A stretch of DNA of 46,752 nt from Macrostomum lignano (GCA_002269645.1 NIVC01001864.1:1-46752); one strand, 5' to 3'. Numbered from the stretch's first letter, positions 1-16,443 are shown. Notes: generated by a model not told the origin, from the letters alone. Made by a program: numbers and translations.

Positions 1-44
1 CAGATTTCTTAGCTTCAAATTCAATCTACATCCATCTTCGTCAG

Positions 45-3000
45 TGCCGATGGGCGCCGCACACGGCCAGAGGCGAGAACGGCCACAGAAGGGAGGTGTC
101 CGAGCTTAGTTCGGGCAAGCTGAGCGCCATGTTCAAATTCGATGAACAGGAGGACTGGGTTGACTACACGGATTCGAAAGCAAATCTGCGCACCGACAAC
201 TTGTTGCCGAAGTGGATTTTTCGCAATAGCGGCGTTCAGGTAAGCCGTAGCTGTAAACAAATGCAGTCACCAAGGTAGTGGCTTCATCAGCTACCAAATC
301 TACCTCCAGGCATTGCTGGTGCCATCCTGCTGTTGACAAAGTCAGCCTTGACAGGGAGAAGCCGGAATCCGTGATGTACATTACGCCGTGGAACATTCTG
401 TTGTGCGGCGTCTACAAGTTTCACTCGGAACGGAACTTGTACGATACTATTGTCACCAATGTGCTGGAGGAAGAGAAAAAGCTCGTTGACCTTATCGATC
501 TGGTGTACAGACTGGGACTGTGTGCCGTAAATCAAATGAAAGAAAGCTGCCCGTCTAACTGCCTGGCTGACGAAGCCGTTGTCACGTAAGACACAGTAGT
601 TAGTGTGTAGTGATAGTAGTGATAGTAGTCAAAGTAGTCATAGTAATCATAATAATCATAGTAGTCATAGTAGTCATAGTATTCATAGTAGTCATAGTAT
701 TCATAGTAGTCATAGTAGTCATAATAGTCAGTAGTCATAGTATTCATAGTAGTCATAGTATTCATAGTAGTCATAGTCGTCATAGTAGTCATAGTAGTCA
801 TAATAGTCAGTAGTCATAGTATTCATAGTAGTCATAGTAGTCATAATAGTCAGTAGTCATAGTATTCATAGTAGTCATAGTATTCATAGTAGTCATAGTA
901 GTCATAGTAGTCATAGTAGTCATAGTAGTCATAGTAGTCATAGTAGTCATAGTAGTCCTAGTAATCATGGTACAGTAGCCATAGTAACTGTAGCAGTAGC
1001 CGTAGTCGCTAATCCCCATTTCTCCCAGAAACTGCTCAAACGTGGCGAACATCAAGCTGGGCGTGGACGTGAACTGCTTCACGGAGCTGGAGGTCGAACT
1101 TCAGTACCACCCATTTCGAAAAGCGGAAGTTGACAAGATCACATATCAGGCCTTCGCGCGAGAAATCGATGACTTTCGCGAATGGCACAGCACACTGCCT
1201 GTGGAAAAGCGAATCCCCATGGAGATCTTCGATGAGAATCTGCGCAGCCACAAGCTGGTGCTCTTCATCATCAAAGAGCTGCTCGCGAACGATCCGGACG
1301 AGAAGCCGGTGACAATTGACGACCAGTATGCGATGTTGCAAGTCAAATTCCTTGCCTCTGGATGCCTTCGCGACGATGAGGCGGTGCACAAGAGGAACCA
1401 TTGCTTCCGGTTTCGGGCTGTGCTCCACCTGTGAGTCTCAGAATCCCTCGCATCCTCAGTCCCTCTCATCCTCAGTCCCTCTCATCCTCAGTCCCTCTCA
1501 TCCTCAATCCCTCTCATCCCATCCCTCTCATCCTCAGTCCCTCTCATCCTCAATCCCTCACATCCTCAGTCCCTCACATCCTCAATCCCTCGCATCCTCA
1601 ATCCCTCTCATCCTCAATCCCTCTCATCCTCAGTCCCTCTCATCCTCAATCCCTCTCATCCTCAATCCCTCTCATCCTCAGTCCCTCGCATCCTCAATCC
1701 CTCTCATCCTCAGTCCCTCGCATCCTCAATCCCTCTCATCATCAGTCCTCGCATCCTCTATCCCTCTCATCCTCTATCCCTCACATCCCCATCCCTCTCA
1801 TCCTCAGTCCCTCGCATCCTCAGTCTCTCACATCCTCAGTCCCTCTCATCCTCAATCCCTCTCATCCTCTATCCCTCTCATCCTCAATCCCTCTCATCCT
1901 CAGTCCCTCTCATCCTCAGTCCCTCTCATCCTCAGTCCCTCTCATCCTCAATCCCTCTCATCCTCAGTCCCTCTCATCCTCAATCCCTCACATCCTCAGT
2001 CCCTCGCATCCTCTATCCCTCTCATCATCAGTCCCTCGCATCCTCTATCCCTCTCATCATCAGTCCCTCTCATCCTCAGTCCCTCACATCCTCAATCCCT
2101 CTCATCCTCAGTCCCTCTCATCCTCAATCCCTCTCATCCTCAGTCCCTCGCATCCTCAGTCTCTCACATCCTCAGTCCCTCTCATCCTCAATCCCTCTCA
2201 TCCTCTATCCCTCTCATCCTCAATCCCTCTCATCCTCAATCCCTCTCATCCTCAATCCCTCTCATCCTCAGTCCCTCTCATCCTCAGTCCCTCTCATCCT
2301 CAGTCCCTCTCATCCTCAATCCCTCTCATCCTCAGTCCCTCTCATCCTCAGTCCCTCTCATCCTCAGTCCCTCTCATCCTCAATCCCTCTCATCCTCAGT
2401 CCCTCTCATCCTCAGTCCCTCTCATCCTCAGTCCCTCGCATCCTCTATCCCTCTCATCCTCAATCCCTCTCATCCTCAATCCCTCTCATCCTCAGTCCCT
2501 CTCATCCTCAGTCCCTCTCATCCTCAGTCCCTCTCATTCTCAATCCGAAATTTTCAGTTGTTTAAGCCGTCGATACTGAATATTTGAGATTTTTCACATC
2601 CTCAATGCTAAGTTATTCTGAGCAAGCAAAGCTTTCGCATGTCTTTCGGATGAAAGTGATGCTTGTGTTTGATCGTTGACGACTTCTTTTGCATTTTCCC
2701 ATCCAATGACTCTCTTCCAGACGCCTTGTGGAGCTGCAAAAGCAGCTGGTGGCAAAGCGCAACTGCATCTGCGCACTGGGCTTTCATTGGGACCCCGAGC
2801 GGGAGTCGTGCCAGAAGCGGCTGCTGGGCTACTGTCACGAACAAAATGTCTGCCTGAACGGCGGCATCTGCCAGGCTAGCGTGCGCAAATCGACCAATCG
2901 AAACGCGCTGGGAGTGGCGAGCGAAGAGATCGTGATTTTATGCACCTGCTCGGCCGCGTGGAGGGGCGAACGGTGCGAACTGGTGAGAGGCAATGGCGAA

Positions 3001-6000
3001 GGCTTGTCTTTTTGTGCGGCTTTTTGAGTATCACCTCTGGCATTTTAGCGTTGGAACAGCGGTGCCCGAAATGGCATCCGACATCTAATACGATGCGAGT
3101 TGGATGCCAACGCCAGCCATTGCCATTATTTGAATGCCATTGATATATCCGTGATGAAATTCAATTCTAGAAGTAAACAACTCGCAACCATATCACAGAG
3201 ACTCACTGATTGACAGCTAGAGCGTTAGAGAGTCAGAAGGCATTAATTGTTGACAGTTGTTAACTTTCCATTCTTCGGAGAGGGGTAGAGATTCAGAGAG
3301 AGGGAAAGAGAAGGAGAAAAGTTCAAAGTGAGGGAGAGAAAGGGGTGAGGTTCAGAGAGGGGGGAGAGAGAGAGTTAGCAGTTCAGAGAGGTAGAGACAG
3401 AGGGGGAGAGAGAGTTAGCAGTTCAGAGAGGTAGAGACAGAGGGGGAGAGAGAGTTAGCAGTTCAGAGAGGTGGAGACAGAGGGGGTGAGGTTCAGAGAT
3501 GGAGAGAGAGAGAAGGGGTGAGATTCAGAGAGGGAGAGAGAGAGAAGGGGTGAGATTCAGAGATGGAGAGAGAGAGAAGGGGTGAGATTCAGAGAGGGAG
3601 AGAGAGAAGGGGTGAGGTTCAGAGATGGAGAGAGAGAGAGAAGGGGTGAGATTCAGAGAGGGAGAGAGAGAGTTAGCAGTTCAGAGAGAAGGGGTGAGGT
3701 TCAGAGAGGGGGAGAGAGAAGGGGTGAGGTTCAGAGAGGGAGAGAGAAGGGGAGAGAAGGGTGAGGTTCAGAGAGGGGGAGAGAAGGGGAGAGAAGGGGT
3801 GAGGTTCAGAGAGGGGGAGAGAGAAAGGGAGAGGTTCAGAGAGGGGGAGAGAGAAGGGTGATGTTCAGAGAGGGGGAGAGAAGGGGTGAGGTTCAGAGAG
3901 GGGGAGAGAAGGGGTGAGGTTCAGAGAGGGGGAGAGAGAAGGGGTGAGGTTCAGAGAGGAGGGGGAGAGAAGGGGTGAGGTTCAGAGAGGGGGAGAGAGA
4001 AGGGGTGAGGTTCAGAGAGGAGGAGAGAGAAGGGGTGAGGTTCAGAGAGGGGGAGAGAGAAGGGGTGATGTTCAGAGAGAGGGAGAGAAGGGGTGATGTT
4101 CAGAGAGGGGGAGAGAAGGGGTGAGGTTCAGAGAGGAGAAAATGACTTCTTCTAAGCCTTGGGCTCTTGGAACCATCGACTGGTCTAGCAAGTCTATGGT
4201 TTGCTGTCAGGATGCGAGAACTATGACTTGCAATTAGCCGACTTCTTCCGTACAGGAGAATGACGTCTGCCAGAACCAGGCATCCACCAGCACATGCGGC
4301 GATCACATCTGCCAGCGCGATCCTGACGTTGAGCACGGCTTCACCTGCATCTGCCCGCCGGAGACGCACGTCCGCATCTCCGAGAAGGATCCGCGCTGCC
4401 GCGACATCAACGAGTGCAGCGAACGAAATCCCGAACTAAATCCGTTGTGTAAAAACGACGGCGAATGCGAGAATCATAATCCCGGCTTCATCTGTGAGCG
4501 GCTTTGCGTTTTCATTCATTTGCGGTGTATTTTTCTCTTAGCACACTGGCTTGTGTTGAAATGCTTTGAGACTTGGAGAGGGGGAGAGATTCAACGAGCG
4601 AGGAAAGAGATTCAGAGAGGGGAGATTCAGAGCGGGGAGAGATTCAGAGCGGGGAGAGATCCAGAGAGGGGAGAGATTGATTCAGAGAGGGGAGAGATTC
4701 AGAGAGGGGAGAGATTCACAGAGGGGAGAGATTCAGAGAGGGGAGAGATCCAGAGAGGGGAGAGATCCAGAGAGGGGAGAGATTCAGAGAGGGGAGAGAT
4801 CCAGAGAGGGGAGAGATTCAGAGAGGGGAGAGATCCAGAGAGGGGAGAGATTCAGAGAGGGGAGAGATCCAGAGAGGGGAGAGATTCAGAGAGGGGAGAG
4901 AGATTCAGAGAGTGGGAGAGAGATTCAGAGAGTGGGAGAGAGATTCAGAGAGGGGAGATTTAGAGAGGGGGTGAGATTCAGAGAGATGGAGAGATTCAGA
5001 GAAGGTGAAGAGATTGGGTTAGAAATCCAAATGCCGTAGAAAAATATACGGATGTACCAAGCGCCCACAATTGACAGTAAGAACTCAACACTCACTCAAG
5101 GCAAATGCCGGCACGGCTACTCCGGTCCCAGGTGCGAATACCCTCCCGACCCGCCTAGCTGGAGCAGCTGGGAGGACTGGAGCAAGTGCATCCTGCCAGA
5201 CAAAGCGCTCGCCTGCATGGAATCGCCAATGCAAGTTCGAATTAGACGATGCGAATCCAAAGGATTTGCGCAGCACTGCGAGGGCCCGAAAAGGGAGATT
5301 CGATTTCTCTGCCCAGGACAGATGAACAACTGGGACACGATGGGTGAGACTGGATGAGCTAGGTCTATGAGATCTGGTCTATAGATGAGTCTGTAGTTTT
5401 TTTCTAGAGATTCTGCAAAAGGGGAACTTCAAACCCCAAGGGTCGGAAGCGGGCTCTAAGGGTCGGGAGTGGGGGCTCCACGAGCCGGAAGTGGGAAGGG
5501 GGCTCCAAGGGTCAGGAGGGGGAGGGGGCTCCAAGTGTCAGGAGGGGAGGGGGCTCCAAGTGTCAGGAGGGGGAGGGGCTCCAAGGGTCAGGAGGGGGAG
5601 GGGGCTCCAAGTGTCAGGAGGGGGAGGGGCTCCAAGGGTCAGGAGGGGAGGGGGCCTTATGGCCCGGGGGTAGGACAGGGTGCTTCAAGGGCCGGGAGTG
5701 GGGAGAGGGCTCCAAGGGCCGGGAGTAGGGAAGGGGCTCTATGGGCCGGGAGTGGGGGCTCCACGAGCCGGAAGTGGGAAGGGGGCTCCAAGGGTCAGGA
5801 GGGGGAGGGGGCTCCAAGTGTCAGGAGGGGGAGGGGGCTCAAAGGGTCAGGAGGGGGAGGGGGCCTTATGGCCCGGGGGTAGGACAGGGTGCTTCAAGGG
5901 CCGGGAGTGGGGAGAGGGCTTCAAGGGCCGGGAGTGGGGAAGGGGCTCTATGGGCCGGGAGTGGGGGAGGGTGCTCCAAGGGCCGGGAGTGGGGAGAGGG

Positions 6001-7250
6001 CTCTATGGGCCGGGAGTGGGGAAGGGTGCTCCAAGGGCCGGGAGTGGGGAGAGGGCTCCAAGGGCCGGGAGTGGGGAGAGGGCTCCAAGGGCCGGGAGTG
6101 GGGAGAGGGCTCCAAGGGCCGGGAGTGGGGAGAGGGCTTCAAGGGCCGGGAGTGGGGAGAGGGCTCCAAGGGCCGGGAGTGGGGAGAGGGCTCCAAGGGC
6201 CGGGAGTGGGGAGAGGGCTCCAAGGGCCGGGAGTGGGGAGAGGGCTTCAAGGGCCGGGAGTGGGGAGAGGGCTTCAAGGGCCGGGAGTGGAGAGAGGGCT
6301 CCAAGGGCCGGGAGTGGGGAGAGGGCTTCAAGGGCCGGGAGTGGGGAGAGGGCTCCAAGGGCCGGGAGTGGGGAGAGGGCTCCAAGGGCCGGGAGTGGGG
6401 AGAGGGCTCCAAGGGCCGGGAGTAGGGAAGGGGCTCTATTGGCCGGGAGTGGGGGAGGGGGCTCCCAAGTTTCAGGAGTGGGGCTCCGACGAGGCTTGGG
6501 CGTGGGCTCCAAGGACTCGAACGAAAGAGAGAGAAAGAAAGAAAGAAAGAGAACGTGCCGCCCGCAGCCTGCAGCCGGTACCGCGGCAACGTAACGCACC
6601 GTGAGGTCACTGGCTACAGCCGACTGGACTACCTAGCAATCGAGGAATTCGGCAAATTCTCCGCCCACGAATTGGAGCTGGTGCTGGCCGACAGTCTGAG
6701 CAGCTACATGCGAAATTTCGGCCTGCTGAGTTGCACAATGGGCTACTGCCTGCTCACACCTGTGCTGGTGGGCTGGTGCCTGTGGCGGATCCTTCGCTCC
6801 AAAATCATTGCCAGCCGGCTGGCCGGAAGCAGCATAGCAGCCGGGATGCAGAAGCAGCGACAGGCGGCCAAGGAGGAGGCGGAGAAAGAGGCCGCGGTGA
6901 TGCTGCGTCGGGCGGCGATCGCCCAGGAGAAGGCGAGGCGGCGTCGGGCGGCGAAGCGGGAGGACGCGGAGGCGCTGGAGCAGTGGAGCCAGCGCCAGCT
7001 GGAAGAGGCCTGCTGGGAGCTGGCGACAATGAGGGAGCAGCGGGAGCAGCTCAGGGAGAAGGAGGAGCAGGAAAGGCGACTGGTGCTGGCGAAGATGGAG
7101 ACCCGGCTGGTGAAGGTGTCGGCCAACAAGAAGCGGCTACAACGGGCAGCCGCGAAAGACAATAAAGGAAACAAATTGGGGAAGCCGAATGGGCAAAAGC
7201 CAAAGGCCGAGAAGCAGGAGCAGAAAAGCCCGGGAGAGGGACATGCATGA
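45..7250 (+). CDS. Single-pass membrane protein with EGF-like repeats (one Ca-binding), a TSP1 repeat, TM helix and charged coiled-coil tail; 5'-partial, 7 exons seen
   Basis: Phase-consistent GT-AG exon chain: 45-239, 275-585, 1029-1430, 2721-2982, 4256-4493, 5101-5343, 6568-7250. EGF motifs CLNGGIC...CTCSAAWRGERCE and DINEC...CKNDGECEN...C|KCRHGYSGPRCE. TSP1 motif WSSWEDWSKC...RIRRC. Hydrophobic segment FGLLSCTMGYCLLTPVLVGWCLW, followed by an E/R/K/A-rich tail. Confidence 0.8.
595..1005. repeat. 9-bp tandem repeat (CATAGTAGT)n, intronic
   Basis: Seen directly; fills intron 586-1028. Confidence 0.95.
1444..2540. repeat. 16-bp minisatellite (ATCCTCAGTCCCTCTC)n, intronic
   Basis: Seen directly; source of the SHPQSLS-type spurious ORFs. 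Confidence 0.95.
3285..4135. repeat. Purine-rich ~26-30-bp minisatellite (AGAAGGGGTGAGGTTCAGAGAGGG..)n, intronic
   Basis: Seen directly. Confidence 0.92.
4575..5005. repeat. 17-bp minisatellite (AGATTCAGAGAGGGGAG)n, intronic
   Basis: Seen directly. Confidence 0.92.
5440..6480. repeat. G-rich 26/27-bp minisatellites (CTCCAAGGGCCGGGAGTGGGGAGAGGG)n, intronic
   Basis: Seen directly; two interleaved unit types. Confidence 0.93.
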
Positions 7251-7809
7251 AGACCTGAAAGCTAACTACTCAACAACCAATCTATCACTGCCCAATATCG
7301 CTTCAAATTCGAACTGGCGCCAAAACGGAGCTAATCTACGATACATTTATAACAAGTCAAACATTCAGTAGTTAATCAAATAAAAATCTTCGAAAAAAAC
7401 TCCAATTAAATCTAATAGTTGTTTCAAAGTGAATTATATTTTATCTTCTTCGTCATACTACTATTAGTAGAGCAAAAACGTTAGAGAAAAAACCGTGTAG
7501 ATTCGTAGAAAGAGCTGTGCCGAAAGCGAAGCTTGCAAAACTTGCTCTGGAGAGATTTGTTACAAAACGAAACAAAGTTTCTTCCGGGTTGGATTTCCGG
7601 GTGCGAATAATTTAGCAGTAATAAACAAAAGAGTTTTGCGCGCGAAACCAAATTATCTACTCAACTCGCGAGCAAAATTGGTTCGAAGGAATAGAATGAG
7701 AAAAGTTAAATTTCGCTAAAATAAAAGTTTAAATGAAACACAATAAACGAAAAAAATTAGAGTTGGGCTGTCAATCTGAGCCTGAGATCCTCGGAATTGG
7801 CAGAAACTC

Positions 7810-11869
<4,060 letters not shown>

Positions 11870-12738
11870 GGGAGCTTTGGTCTTATGCGCGTCTCTGCCT
11901 CCAGCTAGTGCTCTACACCGCAGTATAATGGCATGATTTTCCTGGGGTCGATGAGGACTGTGCGTTCACACTGTACCCCACCGCCAACCTCTCCTACTCA
12001 ATTGTATAGTACAGGCTCTCTAGAGAATTTTACTCAAAATCCGCGCGTATAATGCGCCACATGCTGCATTACAAGGAGAGGAAATGCGCCGTTAATTAAG
12101 TAGAACTATATGAGAAAGGTTTGTAAAAGTGTAAGCTAGTAATGAATAATAGCGGGTGTAAGACTGCCGGCTATACCGATTTGTGTATTTATAATGTTTT
12201 TAGCTAAGTACACGTAGGGCAAAAACGAGCCTGTTATACTACTATAAAGCTACCAGTGTGCATATCTAAAATAAATCTTAGAAGGTGAACTGAAAATTAT
12301 CAAAAACAAGCATAAAAATACTCATGAGAATGTTTAATCATGAAAGAGAACAAGCAGATACGTAACATGAATAACGAATGCTTTACAAAAAGTGTGTTTT
12401 ACAAGCTTAAGACCCTCAATTTTCATCGCGAATCGAAGATTAATAATGTGGGATGAGGAAACATCCTACGTTCCAAGACTTTTCCAAGTCAATCCAAGCA
12501 CGGTTACTACTTATTCGACGGTTTTGGTAGCTCAATCGTTGCTCAATCCAGACGCAGCAAAGCACATAAACTGGAAGGATTCTCCTTCTTCCAGCAACTG
12601 CTTAATGCACACTGCGTCTTTGCAGACCAAAAAACACTAATCGTATGCGCATATTGTAAGAACAGCAAAACGACCAGCTTTTAGGGTCACGTGACGACTG
12701 TTCGATCCAAACCCGATTGAGTTAATCGAATAGCGAAG

Positions 12739-14505
12739 TCAAGCCTTGCTGCTTCTGCCGTAGATCGGATTGGGAAACACGTCGGGCAGTTTCGTGTAAA
12801 CGGGATCTCGCATCGGCAGGTAGTCGTTCTCGGCATCGCTACCTGGCTGCGGGAGCTCCTGGTCGCAGTTCGATGCGGCAGCGGCGTCGGTGGCGGCGAC
12901 AGCAGCTTCGGTTTCAGCCGCTTTGGACGCGGCACCAGTCTGATAAAGCGGATGCTGTTCCGGGCTCAGCATCTGGTCGCGACCGAAGTTTCGCCGCCTT
13001 TGCCGAGTCTGGCGACACCACACCTTCACCATGTGGCCAGCCAATAGCAGAATGACCACAAACAGGACTGTGCTCACTGAATATACTACTTTTATCACCA
13101 GTTCCAGGCGAAGAATCTCGTTTTCCAGCTCCATGGATCGAATCCGCTGCTGCGCGAGAGCCTCTTTGATTTTGTTGGCAGCGACAGAGTTGGAGCTGGA
13201 CGATTTCCAGCCCGTGTGGTTTGCTGAGTCCGAGTCTTCTACAACCGCACCGACGGTCGAAGGCGCTGTCGACTCAACGAGTTCAACGGATTCCACGAGA
13301 GCTGTTGAAGAATCTGTGGTGACAGGGTTCGAGTTCGTTGCCGCTTTTTTAGTTGCTGCTCCCGTAGTGGGTCCAGCGCTTGTCGGCGGTGTTTTCGGCT
13401 GCATGCAGGCGAATACTGGCGAGGACTTCGGACACGCTGGTGACTCTTCCACAGTGCTGAGACAGCCCAGCGTTGCCGGCATACTTCTATTGTGGTAGGT
13501 CAGGTAGTGCTCGTAGTTATCCGTGCAAACAGCTTTGTAGATCTGTCTGTGCAAAATACGTGTAGAACTATTGCGCAAGTAAAAATTTATTGCTTTAAAA
13601 TTCACGGAACCGTTGCTACGAGTAATGACGCGAGTCAGACTAAAGTTGAATGGAACCGGACTTCCCAGCACTGGATGCGGGTCGCACATCATTGTCTGAC
13701 AAATATTCTTTGCGTTCTTCTTGTAAGTCAAGCTGAGCTCGGTCAAATTCGGCAGGCTGTCGAACACGAAGCAGTTGAGCCGTTCCACCGTGCCGTGCAT
13801 CGTCACCCGGCGGAGGCTGGCCATGCGGCAGAAGGAGCCGGTGAGGATCTTCGACAGGCTGGCGTCCAGCCACTCCAGCGAGTGCAGCACCGGCAGGGCG
13901 TATGTGGCCAGCATGGGGTTGCCGCGAAGGTCCAGCCAGCGCAGAGTGCTGCCGATCGAGCAGAATGTGTCTTTGTCCAGGTGTTCGATGCGATTCCACG
14001 ACAAATCGAGCGCAACCAGATTCGGCAGGGAGTCCAGCACTCCAGATGGCACAATGTCGATGAGATTTCTTGACAAGTCGAGCCAGGTGGCAGCCGGAGG
14101 CGACAGACCGTCGAATTCGCCGTGACCTCCGAAGCGCAGCGACATGCCGCTGAAGTTGAGCAGCAGGCCGCTGCCGTTGGCGCCGCCGCTGAGCCGATTG
14201 CCCAGGTCGGCCAGGCCGCACCGCCTGACTTCAGCTGGCATGCTCAGCGGCGAAGGCTGCGGCCTGACCAATGTAGCGTTGAACAGCACAATGCCCGTAT
14301 CGGGCACTCGGAGCTCCGGCAGGCCCTGTTCAACCAGCATCGGACTGGGCAAGACATCCGCTGGAAACTGCTCTAGCGAGCCGCACTGGTACAGCTGAAT
14401 CGCGTCGCCCCGGATGAACGCGCACGACAGAGACTCCGAGTAAGTCGAGCCGCCGACAATCAGAATCGGCAGCAACAGGCCCAGCAACAGTTGCACCTTT
14501 GACAT
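12739..14505 (-). CDS. Intronless leucine-rich-repeat type I membrane protein (588 aa)
   Basis: Signal peptide MSKVQLLLGLLLPILIVGG. LRRs LDLSRNLI, LDLSWNRI, LDLRGNP, LTELSL. S/T-rich stalk, short coiled coil, TM segment VIKVVYSVSTVLFVVILLLAG, cytoplasmic tail. Confidence 0.85.
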   Translation of the reverse strand: MSKVQLLLGLLLPILIVGGSTYSESLSCAFIRGDAIQLYQCGSLEQFPADVLPSPMLVEQGLPELRVPDTGIVLFNATLVRPQPSPLSMPAEVRRCGLADLGNRLSGGANGSGLLLNFSGMSLRFGGHGEFDGLSPPAATWLDLSRNLIDIVPSGVLDSLPNLVALDLSWNRIEHLDKDTFCSIGSTLRWLDLRGNPMLATYALPVLHSLEWLDASLSKILTGSFCRMASLRRVTMHGTVERLNCFVFDSLPNLTELSLTYKKNAKNICQTMMCDPHPVLGSPVPFNFSLTRVITRSNGSVNFKAINFYLRNSSTRILHRQIYKAVCTDNYEHYLTYHNRSMPATLGCLSTVEESPACPKSSPVFACMQPKTPPTSAGPTTGAATKKAATNSNPVTTDSSTALVESVELVESTAPSTVGAVVEDSDSANHTGWKSSSSNSVAANKIKEALAQQRIRSMELENEILRLELVIKVVYSVSTVLFVVILLLAGHMVKVWCRQTRQRRRNFGRDQMLSPEQHPLYQTGAASKAAETEAAVAATDAAAASNCDQELPQPGSDAENDYLPMRDPVYTKLPDVFPNPIYGRSSKA

Positions 14506-15072
14506 GCCTTACGGTTTAATTTGTTTATTCGATTGGCTTCATACAGGCTTTGAATCTTCTAAACAATGTTCCCGCCTCAACGCCGCCGCGCTGTTCTCCA
14601 TGTTTTATAAGGGAAAGAGAGGCGGCCTGGCCCTGGAAGTGTTTACAAATTTATCCAACCAGATTGTGCAAGCGAGACGCGGCTTCAGTGTCGGCCCGTG
14701 CGACCTTTCTTCAGGCAGGAAGCGTCAATACCTTTACCTACATGTAGCACTAGCCAATACGAGCCCCAATTAGGTATGCTAAAACTCGATCTGCCACAAC
14801 CAAACACTCCAATACTACTGGACTCGGAGCACCGGAATGCAGAGACAGACAGACAGGAAATGCGACAGAGTCTGAAATATTTGCTGTCAATGCGGTTATC
14901 TGCAATTTTTCATCTCAGTTGGTCTACAGGCGTTGCTGCACCAGATTCAAGTATGAAAGCCATCAGCTAGTGATACTAAGAAAGCGATCGAAATGCTTCG
15001 AATGCTAAATATATGTATACTGTAGTTATGACCATAACTTAAAGATTATACAAGACAGAATCTAGAAGGATT

Positions 15073-15500
15073 CGAGGATGTACATGCAGAAGGCGGTATC
15101 ACCGAGGATGTACATGCAGGCGGTATCACCCGAGGATGTACATGCAGAAGGCGGTATCACCCGAGGATGTACATGCAGAAGGCGGTATCACCGAGGATGT
15201 ACATGCAGAAGGCGGTATCACCCGAGGATGTACATGCAGAAGGCGGTATCACCCGAGGATGTACATGCAGAAGGCGGTATCACCCGAGGATGTACATGCA
15301 GAAGGCGGTATCACCCGAGGATGTACATGCAGAAGGCGGTATCACCGAGGATGTACATGCAGAAGGCGGTATCACCCGAGGATGTACATGCAGAAGGCGG
15401 TATCACCGAGGATGTACATGCAGAAGGCGGTATCACCCGAGGATGTACATGCAGAAGGCGGTATCACCTGAGGATGTACATGCAGAAGGGGGCATCACCC
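15073..15500. repeat. 30/31-bp minisatellite (GAGGATGTACATGCAGAAGGCGGTATCACCC)n
   Basis: Seen directly; intergenic. Confidence 0.95.
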
Positions 15501-16443
15501 AGTCAATTTGAAAAATTGACGAACTGCCAGAGACAACGATACTAACGCAGAAGATCGCTAATAAGCAACATTTTACATTCAATTCTTTAGAATTTGTCAG
15601 AATGGGAGTTTAAAAACTTCATCAATCTGTCTTCAACTACTCTCACAACCTTTCCGAATGTAGCACCTTTCTAGAATATAGAAGCCATTGGCTCTTCATC
15701 TGCTAGCTCCAACTGACTTTCTCATTTGCGCCAATTTGATGAGGGACCATTGGAAGGAAGCTGAGCGATCGAATTTCCAACGATCCAGGCCACCACAGGG
15801 CTGTCAAATGCCAAGTGCAGGGCACAGGAAGTGGCCAACAGTGTCTCCATGGCAACAGTGAATAACAGACCAAAGACGAAGTGCAAGATAGAAGACAGCC
15901 AAAGACAAGAATCCACAGGGCTGCAGTCGTTCCCAAAGTCAAATTTAACAACATCAAAGGCGGGAGTTATTTTGTCAAATTTATAATCCACGAAACACAG
16001 TCGACCAGTAGTTCAAAAAAATGATTTATTGAAAACGGCACGGATAAAAACATAAGGCACAAAACAGTCGGATCGCCAGGAATGAGTTGAAGAGTTAAAA
16101 TAGACTGCTCGTAATATTGCGATAATTCAATAACAATATATTGCAACAGCAGAAGTGGACTCGAATACATAAAAAATAGTTGGGAATCGGCAATCATGTA
16201 AAATGTATTAATGCGGAAATAAGATATTAAAAATATTTCTCTTTGTTTTATTATGGCCACGAAAAACATTATGAGCAAAATAATCGTAAACCAAAGCTTA
16301 CAAGCCTGCCTCGCTCAAGTAGAGTGCATTTGAATTTACAATCAATTTATGCAGAAACCTCACAGCCTGCCACCTATAAACAAAAGCGGCGCAATAATGC
16401 ATTAATATTCACCTTATATGACAGGTAAATTATAGGGGAAAAG

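Noticed and set aside
3151-3209. GTGATGA ... CTGA pair resembling a C/D snoRNA in an intron
   Set aside because: No terminal stem, no recognisable C'/D' boxes or rRNA complementarity, and a single copy; compatible with chance.
13031-14398. Long + strand ORFs antisense to the LRR gene, and similar antisense ORFs over other exons
   Set aside because: Shadow ORFs typical of GC-rich coding sequence.
15703-16278. Short - strand ORFs between LRMDA and the LRR gene
   Set aside because: No recognisable domain or splice context; possibly a decayed repeat or UTR, so left unannotated.
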